This document shows positions 1-12,400 of a stretch of 64,000 nt of DNA, in pieces. Origin of the DNA: Malacoraja senta. Taxonomy: Eukaryota. Positions within the stretch are counted from its first letter, which is position 1; each line of letters opens with the position of its first letter. The stretch is from positions 17,424,001 through 17,488,000 of the forward strand of contig CM075989.1 of the NCBI GenBank assembly GCA_038087875.1, written 5' to 3'. The position numbers were made by a program, and so were the translations under genes. Under the pieces are notes generated by a model that saw nothing but the letters and a program-made list of their open reading frames with translations, searched no databases and was not told the origin of the DNA.

Positions 1-1
1 G

Positions 2-461
2 GAGACCGCCGACGGGAAAAACCTTTGTACGGAACTGGAAATCACCAAATGTTCATCTATTCACAGGCTTTTAATAGTTTGTAATAATGTTAAGCGGTGC
101 TCTGATATTACAGGTGCATCATGGCCACATGTGACTGTGGTGAATTATGCGTATGAGTCCTCCACGCTGGATTCAATTTCTGCACAAGTGGCTGAAGCTT
201 TGAATGGAAAGCAAGTAAAATCTGTAGCTTTTGTTCTGTACAATCAGCAAGATGCGATACATATTTGCGGGGCTGGAGTGGTTCGGACACTCACGCCAAT
301 TTCTATCCACAAGCAATTAGCTGTGCGGAGATTCTTTAACAATATTGTGACCAACCACGTTGATGTGGAAGATTCAGATACCAGGATGGATATTCTGGGC
401 TGCACTGCCCTGATGACTGCAGACTTGGAGGAAGTCAAGAGGGAGCTGCAGAGTCTGACAG
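2..461 (+). CDS. Exon 1 (5'-partial): DUF4347-like domain
   Basis: Frame is open from nt 2: ETADGKNLCTELEITKCSSIHRLLIVCNNVKR...VVNYAYESSTLDSISAQVAEALNGKQVKSVAF...MDILGC...ELQSLTG. Donor G|GTATAT at 461/462, phase 1. Confidence 0.8.
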
Positions 462-3400
462 GTATATTTATATTATACATTTAACAGTATACCAAATATC
501 AGCTTTGATTTTATCAGAAAGTTATGAATTCAAGTGCTAGATGTTTGCAAAATCTACTCTGACACTTCCGCGATAGGGAGAGGTGTACTGTTTTAGGTGC
601 TATATTTCATTTGTTATTAAACCAAGATTCCACCTGTCCTTCTGGTGAGCACACCAAATAAATGGTAACGTACAGATTAAGTTGCGAGATGCCTAGACTA
701 CTAGTCCGATGATAATTGTTTGAATCCCTCCACCACGACTCAGATATTTCAATTTAGTTAATTAAATAAATCTGCAATGAAAAGATAGTAGCTGTAATGT
801 TGGTTATGAAAACACTGTCACCTCTGCATTAGAGAAACCAAATGCAGATTGGGTTACTACTTTGCAGAGCGGGTCTGACTCCAAGGTTTGGGCTTTCATT
901 TGTCTACCATTTTAATTATTCATCCCACTCCCTGGTTGACTTTGTTGTCTTTGGTCTGTGATACTACAGCAATAAAGCCCAACATAAGCTGGAGGAATAG
1001 CATCTCATCTGCCTTCCAGGAACATTGCAGTACTCAGAATTCAACCAGCTTTTTTCTGCTTGCATCAAAATCTGCCTCAAGTGTTTGGTATTCCGAGCAT
1101 TTTCTGTTGACTCCTACATCAGCTCTGTTTCATGTCTCACATGTTATCTGTTTTTTAAATCTGTTTTACTGTTTTCTCATTTTTCCATTTTTGATGAAGG
1201 ATCATTGAACTTAAACGATTCTCTCTCCGCAGACGCTGCCTGGCCTGCCAAGTATTTCCAGCACTTTCTGTTAATAATCTGATGTTCTACAGTCACTTTG
1301 TATTTATGGCACGGGCCTGATTAACCCACGGGCTGGAAAATGGCAGCTGGGAATTTGAACTTATTAAATAAATATGGATTACAAGGTTTTTATTGGGATT
1401 GATGATTGAAATCAGTGGATTGTTGAAAAAACCCCATATTAGATTGACAACACCCTTTAGGGTAGGCTACCGTTATTCTGTTTGTGACTCCTTTCGGTAA
1501 TACTATTGACTTTAATTGCTTTATGAAATAGCCAAGCAAGTCGTTCAATTCAATACTAATTAGGATGGGCAATGAATGCCAACAATCCCCAAAACTCAGA
1601 AAACCAAAATTGCTTAACTGGACATTATATATTTTCTGGGAAGTTGCCAGTATTTAGTTATTACAGTAAACAGAAGAATTAGAGAAATGCCTATTCAAGA
1701 GATCTTTTAATTATTCACCTGAGTTATTAAAATTTGGAACAATAATTAACTAACATTCTAAAGGGAAATAACTAACCAGTTTTTAACAAGCAATTAATAC
1801 TTGGCTCAACTGAAATTTCATCATGAGGAAATATGTTATTGTATCAGGTGTGTTCTTCTTAATCTTACTAATATTAAACCTCATTAAAAATGTGTTCATA
1901 GATACAGTGAAACATCACTGAAATAAATAGAAACAGGAAACTGCAGATGCTGGTTTGCAAAAAAAAGACAAAGTGCTGGAGTAACTGATTGCCTTAATTG
2001 TCCAGTGCTTACCAGGAAATGCGTGCTGTTCTCTGTATGAGTGCCACCAGTCTCAGGATGCCCGTGCAAATGCAGAGTTCTGGAACTTGCTGGCCATTCT
2101 GGTGACTTTCCATTTGTGCTCCAGCATCAGACTCTTCATGCAGTCCAGGAGCAGAACATGAACTTGTGCTAATTCCATAGCTGTCGCACAAGGGAACAGG
2201 CCGCCAGAGTTACACAAGGTGCAAGAACACAAGGTGCCCATGCATTAAAATGGAGAACGGCAACATAGGACTGGAATAGGAATTGGGTATAATGCCTGAA
2301 TTAATTGAGTTGACATAAATGTTTTAATGTGTTTCTATTTCTAATTTAGATAATTGATTTTAACAGTTTTTGAATATAAAGTTTAATATCAATTTTTAAT
2401 ATGAGTTAACTAGTTTTGTCAATTTTTGAATAATTATTTAAAACAGGGAATGGTTCATAATTGTGGTTTATAATTGTTGCATCCTATGTCTCAGCGCAGA
2501 AGGGAGACATTCAATCCATCAAATCTACATCTGCTTAATGTAATGCTGTCATTCCAATCCAGTCATTCTTTCCTCGTGGTGCTGCAAATTATGTCATGCG
2601 AGGTGCCTGTTCTGGACTTCTCATAAGAAGGCCTTACTGAATAGAGTTCAAGGGATGTGCATTAAAATGTACTAATTTGATACTTAGTCAAGTTGTCAGC
2701 AGTGGCTCAGCAGCGAAGAGAAGCGGGTATTTCTCTCACAGGTATGAGCAACTTGCTATTTGCAGTCCACCATAAGCAGAATGTTCTGACTCAATATATC
2801 AGCTACTTTATTAGTTTCCATCATTTACCAACATAGTTCTCAGTTGATCAGTGTTGGATAAATAGATAGAGTAAAAGAGCTTAGGAACAGTTCAACAAAC
2901 ATCCTCCAAATTCACCTTTGTTAGCAGCTGTAGGATAAATCCAAAGTCGATCGTATTCCAAAATGTTTTTGGAAATACATTATTGAAAGTGCTAATAATT
3001 CCCCTTTTTCTGCTAAGCACCTGCTGCGTCATTTATTATATTACTCCATGTTTTGGATCTCAATATGTGACTGGGGTCATTTTGAATTGCTTCTAATTAA
3101 ATTAAACTAGACATGTGGAGATTTTTTTTAATTGAATCAGGTTCAGTTGGCTGTGAGGTACAGTGGTGGAAAACAAAATATCTTTGAATCCACATGTTTT
3201 GATACCCCTCACTGACATGTTGCCTGCACCCTACCAAGCATGTCTCAGGCTTTGCTGCTATCGGGAAGTCCCCACCCATTTTATGCAAAAGCCCCTGACC
3301 TCAGGGATCAGATGTGTTTGGAACAGACTGCCAGTTTCCTGGAGTATCTCGGTGCGGTGATGGCAGTAGGACTGCCAGTTAATTAAATGAAACGAGGAAA

Positions 3401-6400
3401 CAACTGGCACACAACACCAACTAATGATCATTAAATAATATGTATCTAAGTGCTTATGTATAGTGATACTTGTACTGAACAATACACATCAACAGATTTC
3501 ACTGGACCTCGGTACGTGTGACAAATAAAGTACCTTACCGTATTAATAGTAAATGCAGAGGCTTTGCTCTGGTGGTTACGTATGTTGTCATTCCAGGAGG
3601 CCAGTGACCTTGCCACTTGACCTACACCCAGTTCCACCTCAGCATGTGGCTGTTCGTTTTTTTTATAAGGTATGCCAGGTTAATATGTCTTCAAAAACCA
3701 CTGAACATCTCGTGGTATTAAAGTGGAAATTGCCTGGGTCAAATCGCCTGTGTGTTCCCGTGTAGTTGGGAGAAAGGAACATCTTGCTGCTCACACATCT
3801 AATTTTTTGTGTAAAGTCCAAAGACCTTCTGCCTACTATTTGTTTCCTTCAGGCACCAGACTTAAACTGGCCACTATTACTTTGGCGGTGGAGTATCCAG
3901 AAACTTGTTATAGTTGGTCGAACTTCAAGGTTCTGTGAATTGTATTGCATTAATAAATTATGTTTTCTTTCCAGATAAATTTGCATAAAGTCTGTTAAAA
4001 CCACATTTGTTCAAACAGAATGCTAAATACTGAGGCTAATTTAGACAAACCTCAAAGTCCTTTGATAATTTCTTGTTAGGAACGGTTAAATAATATGTTA
4101 TTTCCCAGTCTAAGGCATAGAGAGCTACTTCAGGAGAAATAACACAAATTAGTGTTCAATCGCAATTTAAATTAAAGCTAGTGTTCATTAAATAAATTTA
4201 AATACAGCTCAAGTTAACATTTTGAACATTATTTATAATTAAGTAATAATTAAGCAATTATGCCTCTGAGGTCAAGACCTGTTAATTGTGCTAATCGGTA
4301 GGATGCAAAGTAATTTACTAATTACTGCTGTTATGCTAATCGTACACAGTACCCTAATTATAGGTTATGGGGAACTTCAGCATCACTGTCATGTTGCAGA
4401 GACTCCGTTGGTGTAAGGGGATATTTAGAGCCATTATTTGCTTAATTAAGCCACTGTACTAAAATAGATATGAGTGAAACATATAACACGCAACTCTGTT
4501 CTTCACAAAATCCCCACACTTGTCCCCAAAGCCTGTACAAAGAGGAATTTGCACAGGTATTCTTATCCTGTAGATAAAACTGTGGGCATGATGAGTGAAC
4601 TACGCTCCTGGTGTTTGTCCTCACATTGCCCTACAGAGCCCTAGTGCGTAGTGAGACCACACCTGGAGTATTGTGTGCAGTTTAGGTCCCCTAATTTGAG
4701 GAAGGACATTCTTGCTGTTGAGGGAGCGCAGCGTAGGTTTACAATGTTAATTCCCGGGATGGCGAGCCTGTCATATGCTGAGAGAATGGAGCGGCTGGTC
4801 TTGTACACTCTGGAGTTTAGAAGGATGAGAGGCAGATCTCATTGAAACATATAAGATTGTTAAGGGTTTGGACACGCTGGAGGCCGGAAACATGTTCCCG
4901 ATGTTGGGGGAGTCCAGAACCAGGGGCCACAGTTTAAGAATAAGGAGTAAGCCATTTAGAACGGAGACGAGGAAACACTTTTTCTCACAGAGAGTTGTGA
5001 GTCTGTGGAATTCTATGCCTCGGAGGGCGGTGGAGGCAGGTTCTCTGGATGCTTTCAAGAGAGAGCTAGATAGGGCTCTTAAAAATAGCAGTCAAGGGAT
5101 ATGGGGAGTAGGCAGGAACGGGATACTGATTGGGGATGATCAGCCATGATCACATTGAATGGCGGTGCTGGCTCGAAGGGCCGAATGGCCTACTCCTGCA
5201 CCTATTGTCTATCGTTTATTGGACAAGAGAGGAACGTATCTCTGTGGACATGTAGTGTAGGCACAATGTAGCAAATAATAGTCGTCAAATAGTAGATTGC
5301 CCAGCTGCCATGTTGAATTACCAATCGAGCAAAGTAACCATATATGCTACATCTACAGGCTCTCTGAAGAAGGGTCTTGAAAATCACCTATTCATTTTCT
5401 CTAGAGATGCTGCCTGACCCACTGAGTTACTCCAGCATTTTGTATCTATCTTCTCTCAAGAGTGACTCTGCTTTATTAATTTATTTCAAAGTGATCAGAA
5501 GAAAATCTGAGCCAGGGTTTTCTTTTTTCAGGTGTTCCTGTTGGTATGACAAGAACCGTGCTGGGCAACGAGTTGGTGGCAGGTCCAAACCAGGTGGCGG
5601 GAGATGTAAAGATGCACATCCTGGATCTCTACTGTGAAAGCGAGAAGTTGAAACGGCCGCATCCCCAAACACTGGCAGAGTTTGAAAAGATACACATAGT
5701 GGGAAAAGGTGAGCTTGGAGACCCTACTACATGGCAGCGCAGCGGTAGAGTTGTTGCCTTACAGCACCAGAGACCTGAGTTCGATCCTGACCACGGATGC
5801 TGTATGGAGTTTGTACGTTCTCCTGTGACCGCGTGGACTTTCCCCGGCTGCTCCAATTTCCTCCCATACTCCAAAGACGTGCAGGTTTATAGGTTAATTG
5901 TTTTTGGTAAAGGTTATAAATTGTTCCTGGTGTGTAGGATAGTGCTAGTGTACGGGGATCACTGGTCAGCATGGACACAGTGGGTCGAAAGGCCTCTTTC
6001 CGCACTGTATCTCTAAACTACACTACCTCATCTTCCCACCAGGCCCATAGGACCCACACCCTCCATCACTTCCTCCACCAACCTTGCAACTGTGGGGCTG
6101 GTGGATAATGTGCACAATGTGTTCTGTTGTGCCTGAACACTGTGTGCAATAGAATTTCACTGCTGGGAGGGCTCATTTAAAATGGGTGTGTGTCCCACAC
6201 AAAATCTTTTCACCTTCTCCTGAAATAGTCAAGTTGGTTTAATTGCTGTCATAATTCTGAGCGTTTTCCGTTTGGCGCCAAAGGAATTATTGGTAGCCAT
6301 TATCCATTAGTCGCAGTAGTACAAGTGAGCATCTGATCTCTTTCCTAGAATATCATCGCTAAAATGTTTCACAGGTCAATTAATATGAGTACTCAAAAAA

Positions 6401-9400
6401 TTGTGCAAAAGTTAAGATTTCGCCGGGAGATTATCTGATCAGGTAGAAGGTACAGGAGCCTGAAGACTGCAACGACCAGGTTCAGGAACAGCTACTTCCC
6501 CACAGCCATCAGGCTATTAAACCTGGCTCGGACATAACACTGAACTTTACTAGCCAATACTGTTATTTGCACTTTATCAGTATATTGACCATTGTGTATA
6601 TATTTATAGAATGCCTTGTAGTAAATGCCTACTATGTTCTGTTGTGCTCAAGCAAAGCAAGAATTTCATTGTCCTACCAGGGACACATGACAATAAACTC
6701 ACTTGACTTGACTTGATACGATATGATAGAACTTTATTTATCCCAGGAGGGAAATTGATCTGCCAACAGTCATATAAAAACACAAAAACACAAAATACAT
6801 GAAACATGAAATTATGTTCCCATTCTTCTGCTAGGAGCCTATGGGACAGCAGTTCTGTATCGGAAGAAGGATGATGACTCCCTGGTCATTCTTAAAGAGA
6901 TCAACATGCATGAGCTGAACCACATTGAAAGACAGAGGGCATTGAATGAGGTTTGTGTGTCTAACTCTGAATTGTGTACACCATTGTTTACACACCATGG
7001 AATTTATAGGCAAAGCTGATAACAATAGATTATGGTACAAGGTGCACACCTGTCCCAGCCTGTCAGCTCCAGTGATTCAGGTTTGGCCCTGACCTCGGGT
7101 GCTCTCTGTGTGGAGTTTGCACCCTCTCCCTGTGGCAATGTGTTTTTCCCCCAGATGCTCCAGTTTCCCACATCCCAAAGAGATGCCAATTGGTGAACCA
7201 ATTGACTGCTGTAAATTGTCCCTAATGTAGGTGCGCAGTGTAAGCATTTATAAAAGAGTGGAGTTGAAGAGCATGTGCGTGCAAATACATTATAGGAATG
7301 GTCTGGGTAGAATAACATGCTAGGAGTTGGCATGGAGGTAATGAACTGAATAGTGTCATGCCATGAGAAATGTCATGTCAAGCAGAAAGTGGTGGACATT
7401 TTCCGTTCTGTCACGAGTATTGACCCCACCATTGTGTTACCTGCCTCAAGAAGGCAGCTAATATTAACAAAGAGCCAGACCACCCTGGCCACAATCTGCT
7501 CTCACTGCTATCATTGGGAAGAAGGTTCAGGAGCCTGAAAGCCATTACCTCCAGGTTCAAGAACAATTTCTTCCCATCATATATCAGGCTCTTGAACCCC
7601 TCTGCACATCCCTAACCAGAACCCCATCTGAGTAATGAACTACTGTGGATTTCTAATAAAGTTGCACTGCCTATTTTGGCTTGCACTATTATGAAACACA
7701 AAGTGCGTAGCTACTCGGGTCAGGCAGCATCTCTGGAGGGAATGGACGTGAGATTTTGGGTCGGAACCCTTCTTCAGATTATCATGGTCTTGTTACCGAG
7801 TATAACTGATAATTTATTGTATTATTGGTTAGAGTTATTTTTTATTACAATTAATGATAATATAATAACTAAATCATAGAAATATTATATTTATTATTGT
7901 TGTGTTGCTGCATTAATGTGTCTCTAAAGCTGCAGCAAGTAAGAATTTCATTGTTCTATTCCCGGTGCAAAGGACAATTAAATACTCCCTGACTTTTGAC
8001 TCTTGAAATAAGTATAAAAAGATAACCCCAGTATGGCCAATGTGAGTGAGCATGAGAAGCCCAGATACTGTGGTCCGTGTGAATGAGTATGTGTAGCCCC
8101 ATCTCTTATGGTTGAGTGTGAACTAATGCAGACCCGATGGTCAATGTGCATGAATATGAGTGTAAGCTTTTTGTTCATCTTTCCCTGCTGTAGGTGAAGG
8201 TGCTTTCCATGTTGGATCACCCCAATATTATTAATTACTACGACAGCTTTGAGGAGGATGGCGTTCTGATGATTGAGATGGAATATGCAGAAGGAGGAAC
8301 ACTGGCACAGTACTTGGCACAGCAGGTACTTTACATGGCAAAGATTTTTAACTGGAACTGGTGCATACGTTGTAGGAGCGGAATTGGGCATTCGGCCCAT
8401 CAAGTCGACTCCACCATTCAATCATGGCTGATCTATCTTTCCCTCTCAACCCCATTCACCTGCCTTCTCCATATAACCCTTGACACCTGTATGAATGAAG
8501 AATCTGTCAATCTCCACCGTAAAAATATGAATTGACAGCCTCCTCAGCCTTCTGTGACATTGTATTCCACAGATTCACCTCACTCTGACTAAAGAAATTT
8601 CTCCTCATCTTGATTCTAAAGGTACGCCCTTTTATTCTGAGGCTATGGCCTCTGGTCCTGTACTCTCCCATTAGTGGGAACATCCTCTCCACATCCAAAT
8701 GTTTAAGTGTTTCTCCTAAATGGGAGTGAGCTACAATTTAGATCTCTCCGTCAATGCCACAATGTACAATGAACCAAAGAAACTGACCCTGAGGTACAGA
8801 TTAATTGATTTAAACATTGAATAAAAAGCAAAGTGCTGGAGGAAGTCAGGGGTGAGGCAGCATCTGTGGAGGGTAATGGGCAAACAATCCTTTGGGTCAG
8901 GACCCTTCTTCAGTGTGCTCTGCCGAGTTCCTAAGCAGTTTATTTTCTCCAGGTTCCAACATCTGGAGTCTCTTGTGTCTCCGTTTGTTTGAATTGCTTC
9001 TTTAAACTTCATTAATATAGTGAGAATCTGGAATATAATGTTTCCAGTACACACTAATTCAATCAGATTTCATCAAAGGTATCAAGGCCTATTCAAGTAA
9101 AGCAGAAAGATGCACATAGTCATAGTCATAGAGTGATACAGTGTGGAAACAGGCCCTTCGGCCCAACTTGCCCACACTGGCCAACAATGTCCCAGCTGCA
9201 CTAGTCCTACTTGCCTGCGCTTGGTCCATATCCCTCCAAACCTGTCCTATCATGTACCTGTCTAACTGTTTATTAAACAATGGAATAGTTCCAGCCTGAA
9301 CTACCTCCTCTGGCAGCTTGTTCCATACACCCACCACCCTTTGTGTGAGAAAGTTACCCCTCGGATTCCTATTAAATCTTTTCCACTTCACCTTGAATTG

Positions 9401-12400
9401 ATGTCCTCTGGTCCTTGATTCCCCTTCTCTGGGCAAGAGACTCTGTGCATCTACCCGATCTATTCCTCTCATTATTTTGTACACCACTATAAGATCCCCC
9501 CTTATACTCCTGCGCTCCATGGAATAGAGACCCAGCCTACTCAACCTCTCCCTATAGCTCACACCCTCTAGTCCTGGCAACATCCACGTAAATCTTTTCT
9601 GAACCTTTTCAAGCTTGACAATAGCTTTCCTATAACATGGTGCCCAGAACTGAACACAATACTTTAAATGCGGACTCACCAACGTATTATACAACTGCAA
9701 TATGACCTCCCAACTTCTATACTGATGAAGGCCAAAGCGCGAAAAGCCTTTTTGACCACCTTATCTACTGTACCTGCGACTCGACCTTCAAGGAACCATG
9801 CACCTGTACTCCTAGCTCCCTCTGCTCTACAACACTACTCAGATGCCTACCATTTACTGTGTAGGTCCTGCCCTTGTTCGACATCCCAAAATGCAACACC
9901 TCACACATTCTCTGTATTAAATTCCATCAACGCTTCCTACGCCCACCTGGCCAATCGATCCAGATCTTGTTGCAAACGTTCACAACCATCTTCACTATCT
10001 GCAACACCACTATTTACACTCTTACACTCTTCACATAATACAACTCCTTCATTATTCTCTCTGCCTTGAGGTTCCTGTAGTGCTCCTTCACCAGCGTTAA
10101 ACTGTAAACTGCAGGGGATGTGAAATCAATCAAACTGGTTCTTCTCCCCTGCTCAAAGTCCATTTCCCAGCATTTTCTGCTTCTAATTCAGCTAACTATA
10201 TCTTCATTAGTTTCATATGAAGCCATATTTAGGCATCTTTTGAGAATCCAACCTCATTACCCACTCACCATTCCTCGTGAATTCGTTTCTAAATATCATC
10301 TGCAGTTGAAGTGCAATGCCAGCTTAAAAATGACTGGAAAGTGCTCCACAGGTCAGGCAGTCCTGAGAGAAAAGCAAAATTAATGGGCAGAATTGTGCTG
10401 AGTCTGTTCTGTCAACTGCATTCATCTACAACCCCACACTCTCCAGTACTTTTTCCACCATTGCACCGACTAGCAACAGTTTAGGCTTTAGACTTTAGAG
10501 ATACAGTGCAGAAACAGGCCCTTCAGCCCACCAAGTCCATGCCGACCAGTGATCACCCTATACACTAGCACTAACCTACACACTATGGACAATTTACACT
10601 TTTACCAAAGCCAAATACAAAAGCTCTGTGGTCCAGTTAGAACTCTATTGCATCAATTTCTCATCTCCGAGTGTCTGTTCTCCATCCAGGGTGCTATGGG
10701 TGTACAATGGCAAAGTAATAGGCCAGTCCTGAGCATTTCTGACCCCTGTGTTGCACTGTGCTGGTGCAGAGGTCAGAAGTGAGTTAACCAGCACATGGCA
10801 GTATGCAGGTGATTCTCTGTGGAACCACAGGCTGAGGTAAAGCATCATTTGGGCATTGTTTTGAATGCTTGACATTTCCTGAACCTGGGATACAATAGAG
10901 ATTTTAAGACAAATTTTAGGAAGCAGAGAAAAGGAGAGGAAAGAGAGAATGAAGGAAGGTCTGTGATGGATGGGGAAGGGATAATTGTGCAACTATGGAC
11001 AGTGTTGTAGGGACAAGCAAATAAACAAATGATGAGTCGAGGGGAGAAATAGCTGGGGAAAGGAAAATCTCTGTCTAAGACGATGGAACTCACCATTGAA
11101 TGTGGGAGACTCTCATGCACCCAATAGAAAGATTGTTCCTTGCGTTTACATGGGATCTCATCAGAACAGTGCAAGGAAACGAGGAATTAAGTCAAATTGA
11201 GAGGGGAGAGGCAGGAAAATCAAGTGTTCGGTGAACAGAGGATTAGGGATCACACTTGCAAACTGATCAGCGATGTTCTACACAGCAGCCACTTCCATTT
11301 CATGAGATTGTTGTATTGAGCACGTCTTCCTGATATCATTCCCATTCTCAGGACATGAAACGACTCTCCTCCAACCAACTGACACTTTCTCGTGCTATCA
11401 TTGTTTCAATCTGGGGAAGAACACTTCCGTGAGGAGTCCCACACTGGTGTCTGGAATGACAATGCTTTTATTGCAGGATCGAGAGTTGGAAGAGCTGGAA
11501 ATCCTGAACCTCTTCCACCAGATAGTGGCTGCCATCTGTTACCTCCATGAACACAGCGTGTTGCACCGAGATTTAAAGACGGCCAACCTTTTCCTCACAA
11601 AAGAAGGTGAAGTGAAGCTCGGTGATTTTGGGGTTGCCAAAGTGATGATGACAGGAAGTGAGGCACACACCATCTTGGGTGAGTTTTACCTCAAGCATAT
11701 GAAAAAATAAGGAAAAGGATAATGACATATTTGGTGCTAGAGTAAGAGTAGGACAAAAGCACAAAATCTCTTAAGTGAGATGTTTTAGGTTCCATGTGAC
11801 TAGGGTGGATTTACCTGATGGACTTTTTGTGCTGGGCAGGTACTCCGTATTACATCTCACCCGAAATCTGTGAGGGAAAATGTTACAATGATAAATCGGA
11901 CATCTGGTCGCTTGGTTGTATTCTTTATGAGATGGCATGTCGTCAGCGCACATTTGAAGGTAAGGGGCATGAACATTTCCAACTAATTATTAGTGAGGAA
12001 ATTCATCAGGTTAATTGGTAGAGGCATAATAGACAATCATTAGAAAGGTAATAAGGTCAAATGCTTGCATAAGAATCTGAATTTTCCAGCTTTGCAGGGA
12101 CACACACTTGCTTGGTATTGCTGGAGAATTGTGCGTATAATTGTGTTGTTCTCTTTGTTGCAGGGACAAATCTACCAGCAGTGGTAAATAAGATCATGAA
12201 AGGGCAATTTGCTCCCATCACCGATAACTACAGTGCTGAGTTTAAAGCCCTTGTGTTGGACATGCTGCAAAAGGAGACTCAGTAGGTTGCAAATGCTTAT
12301 AACCATCCCACCTACATTAATATCCAAATCACTTATGTAAGTAACGAACAACAGAGGACCCAGCAACGATCCAGGGTACCTGCTCATTACAGGCCTCCAG

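Noticed and set aside
114..131. Exon 1 starting at the CAG acceptor at 113 or the GTG at 131
   Set aside because: The frame is open back to nt 2 and the domain-like sequence (RLLIV) continues upstream.
5730..5800. tRNA gene
   Set aside because: It is the tRNA-derived head of a SINE, with no complete cloverleaf, and it continues into the V-domain.
12282..12285. Apparent in-frame TAG right after kinase exon 7, suggesting a pseudogene
   Set aside because: The TAG lies within the donor (CA|GTAGGT). Phase-2 splicing to 13819 restores QYRPS.
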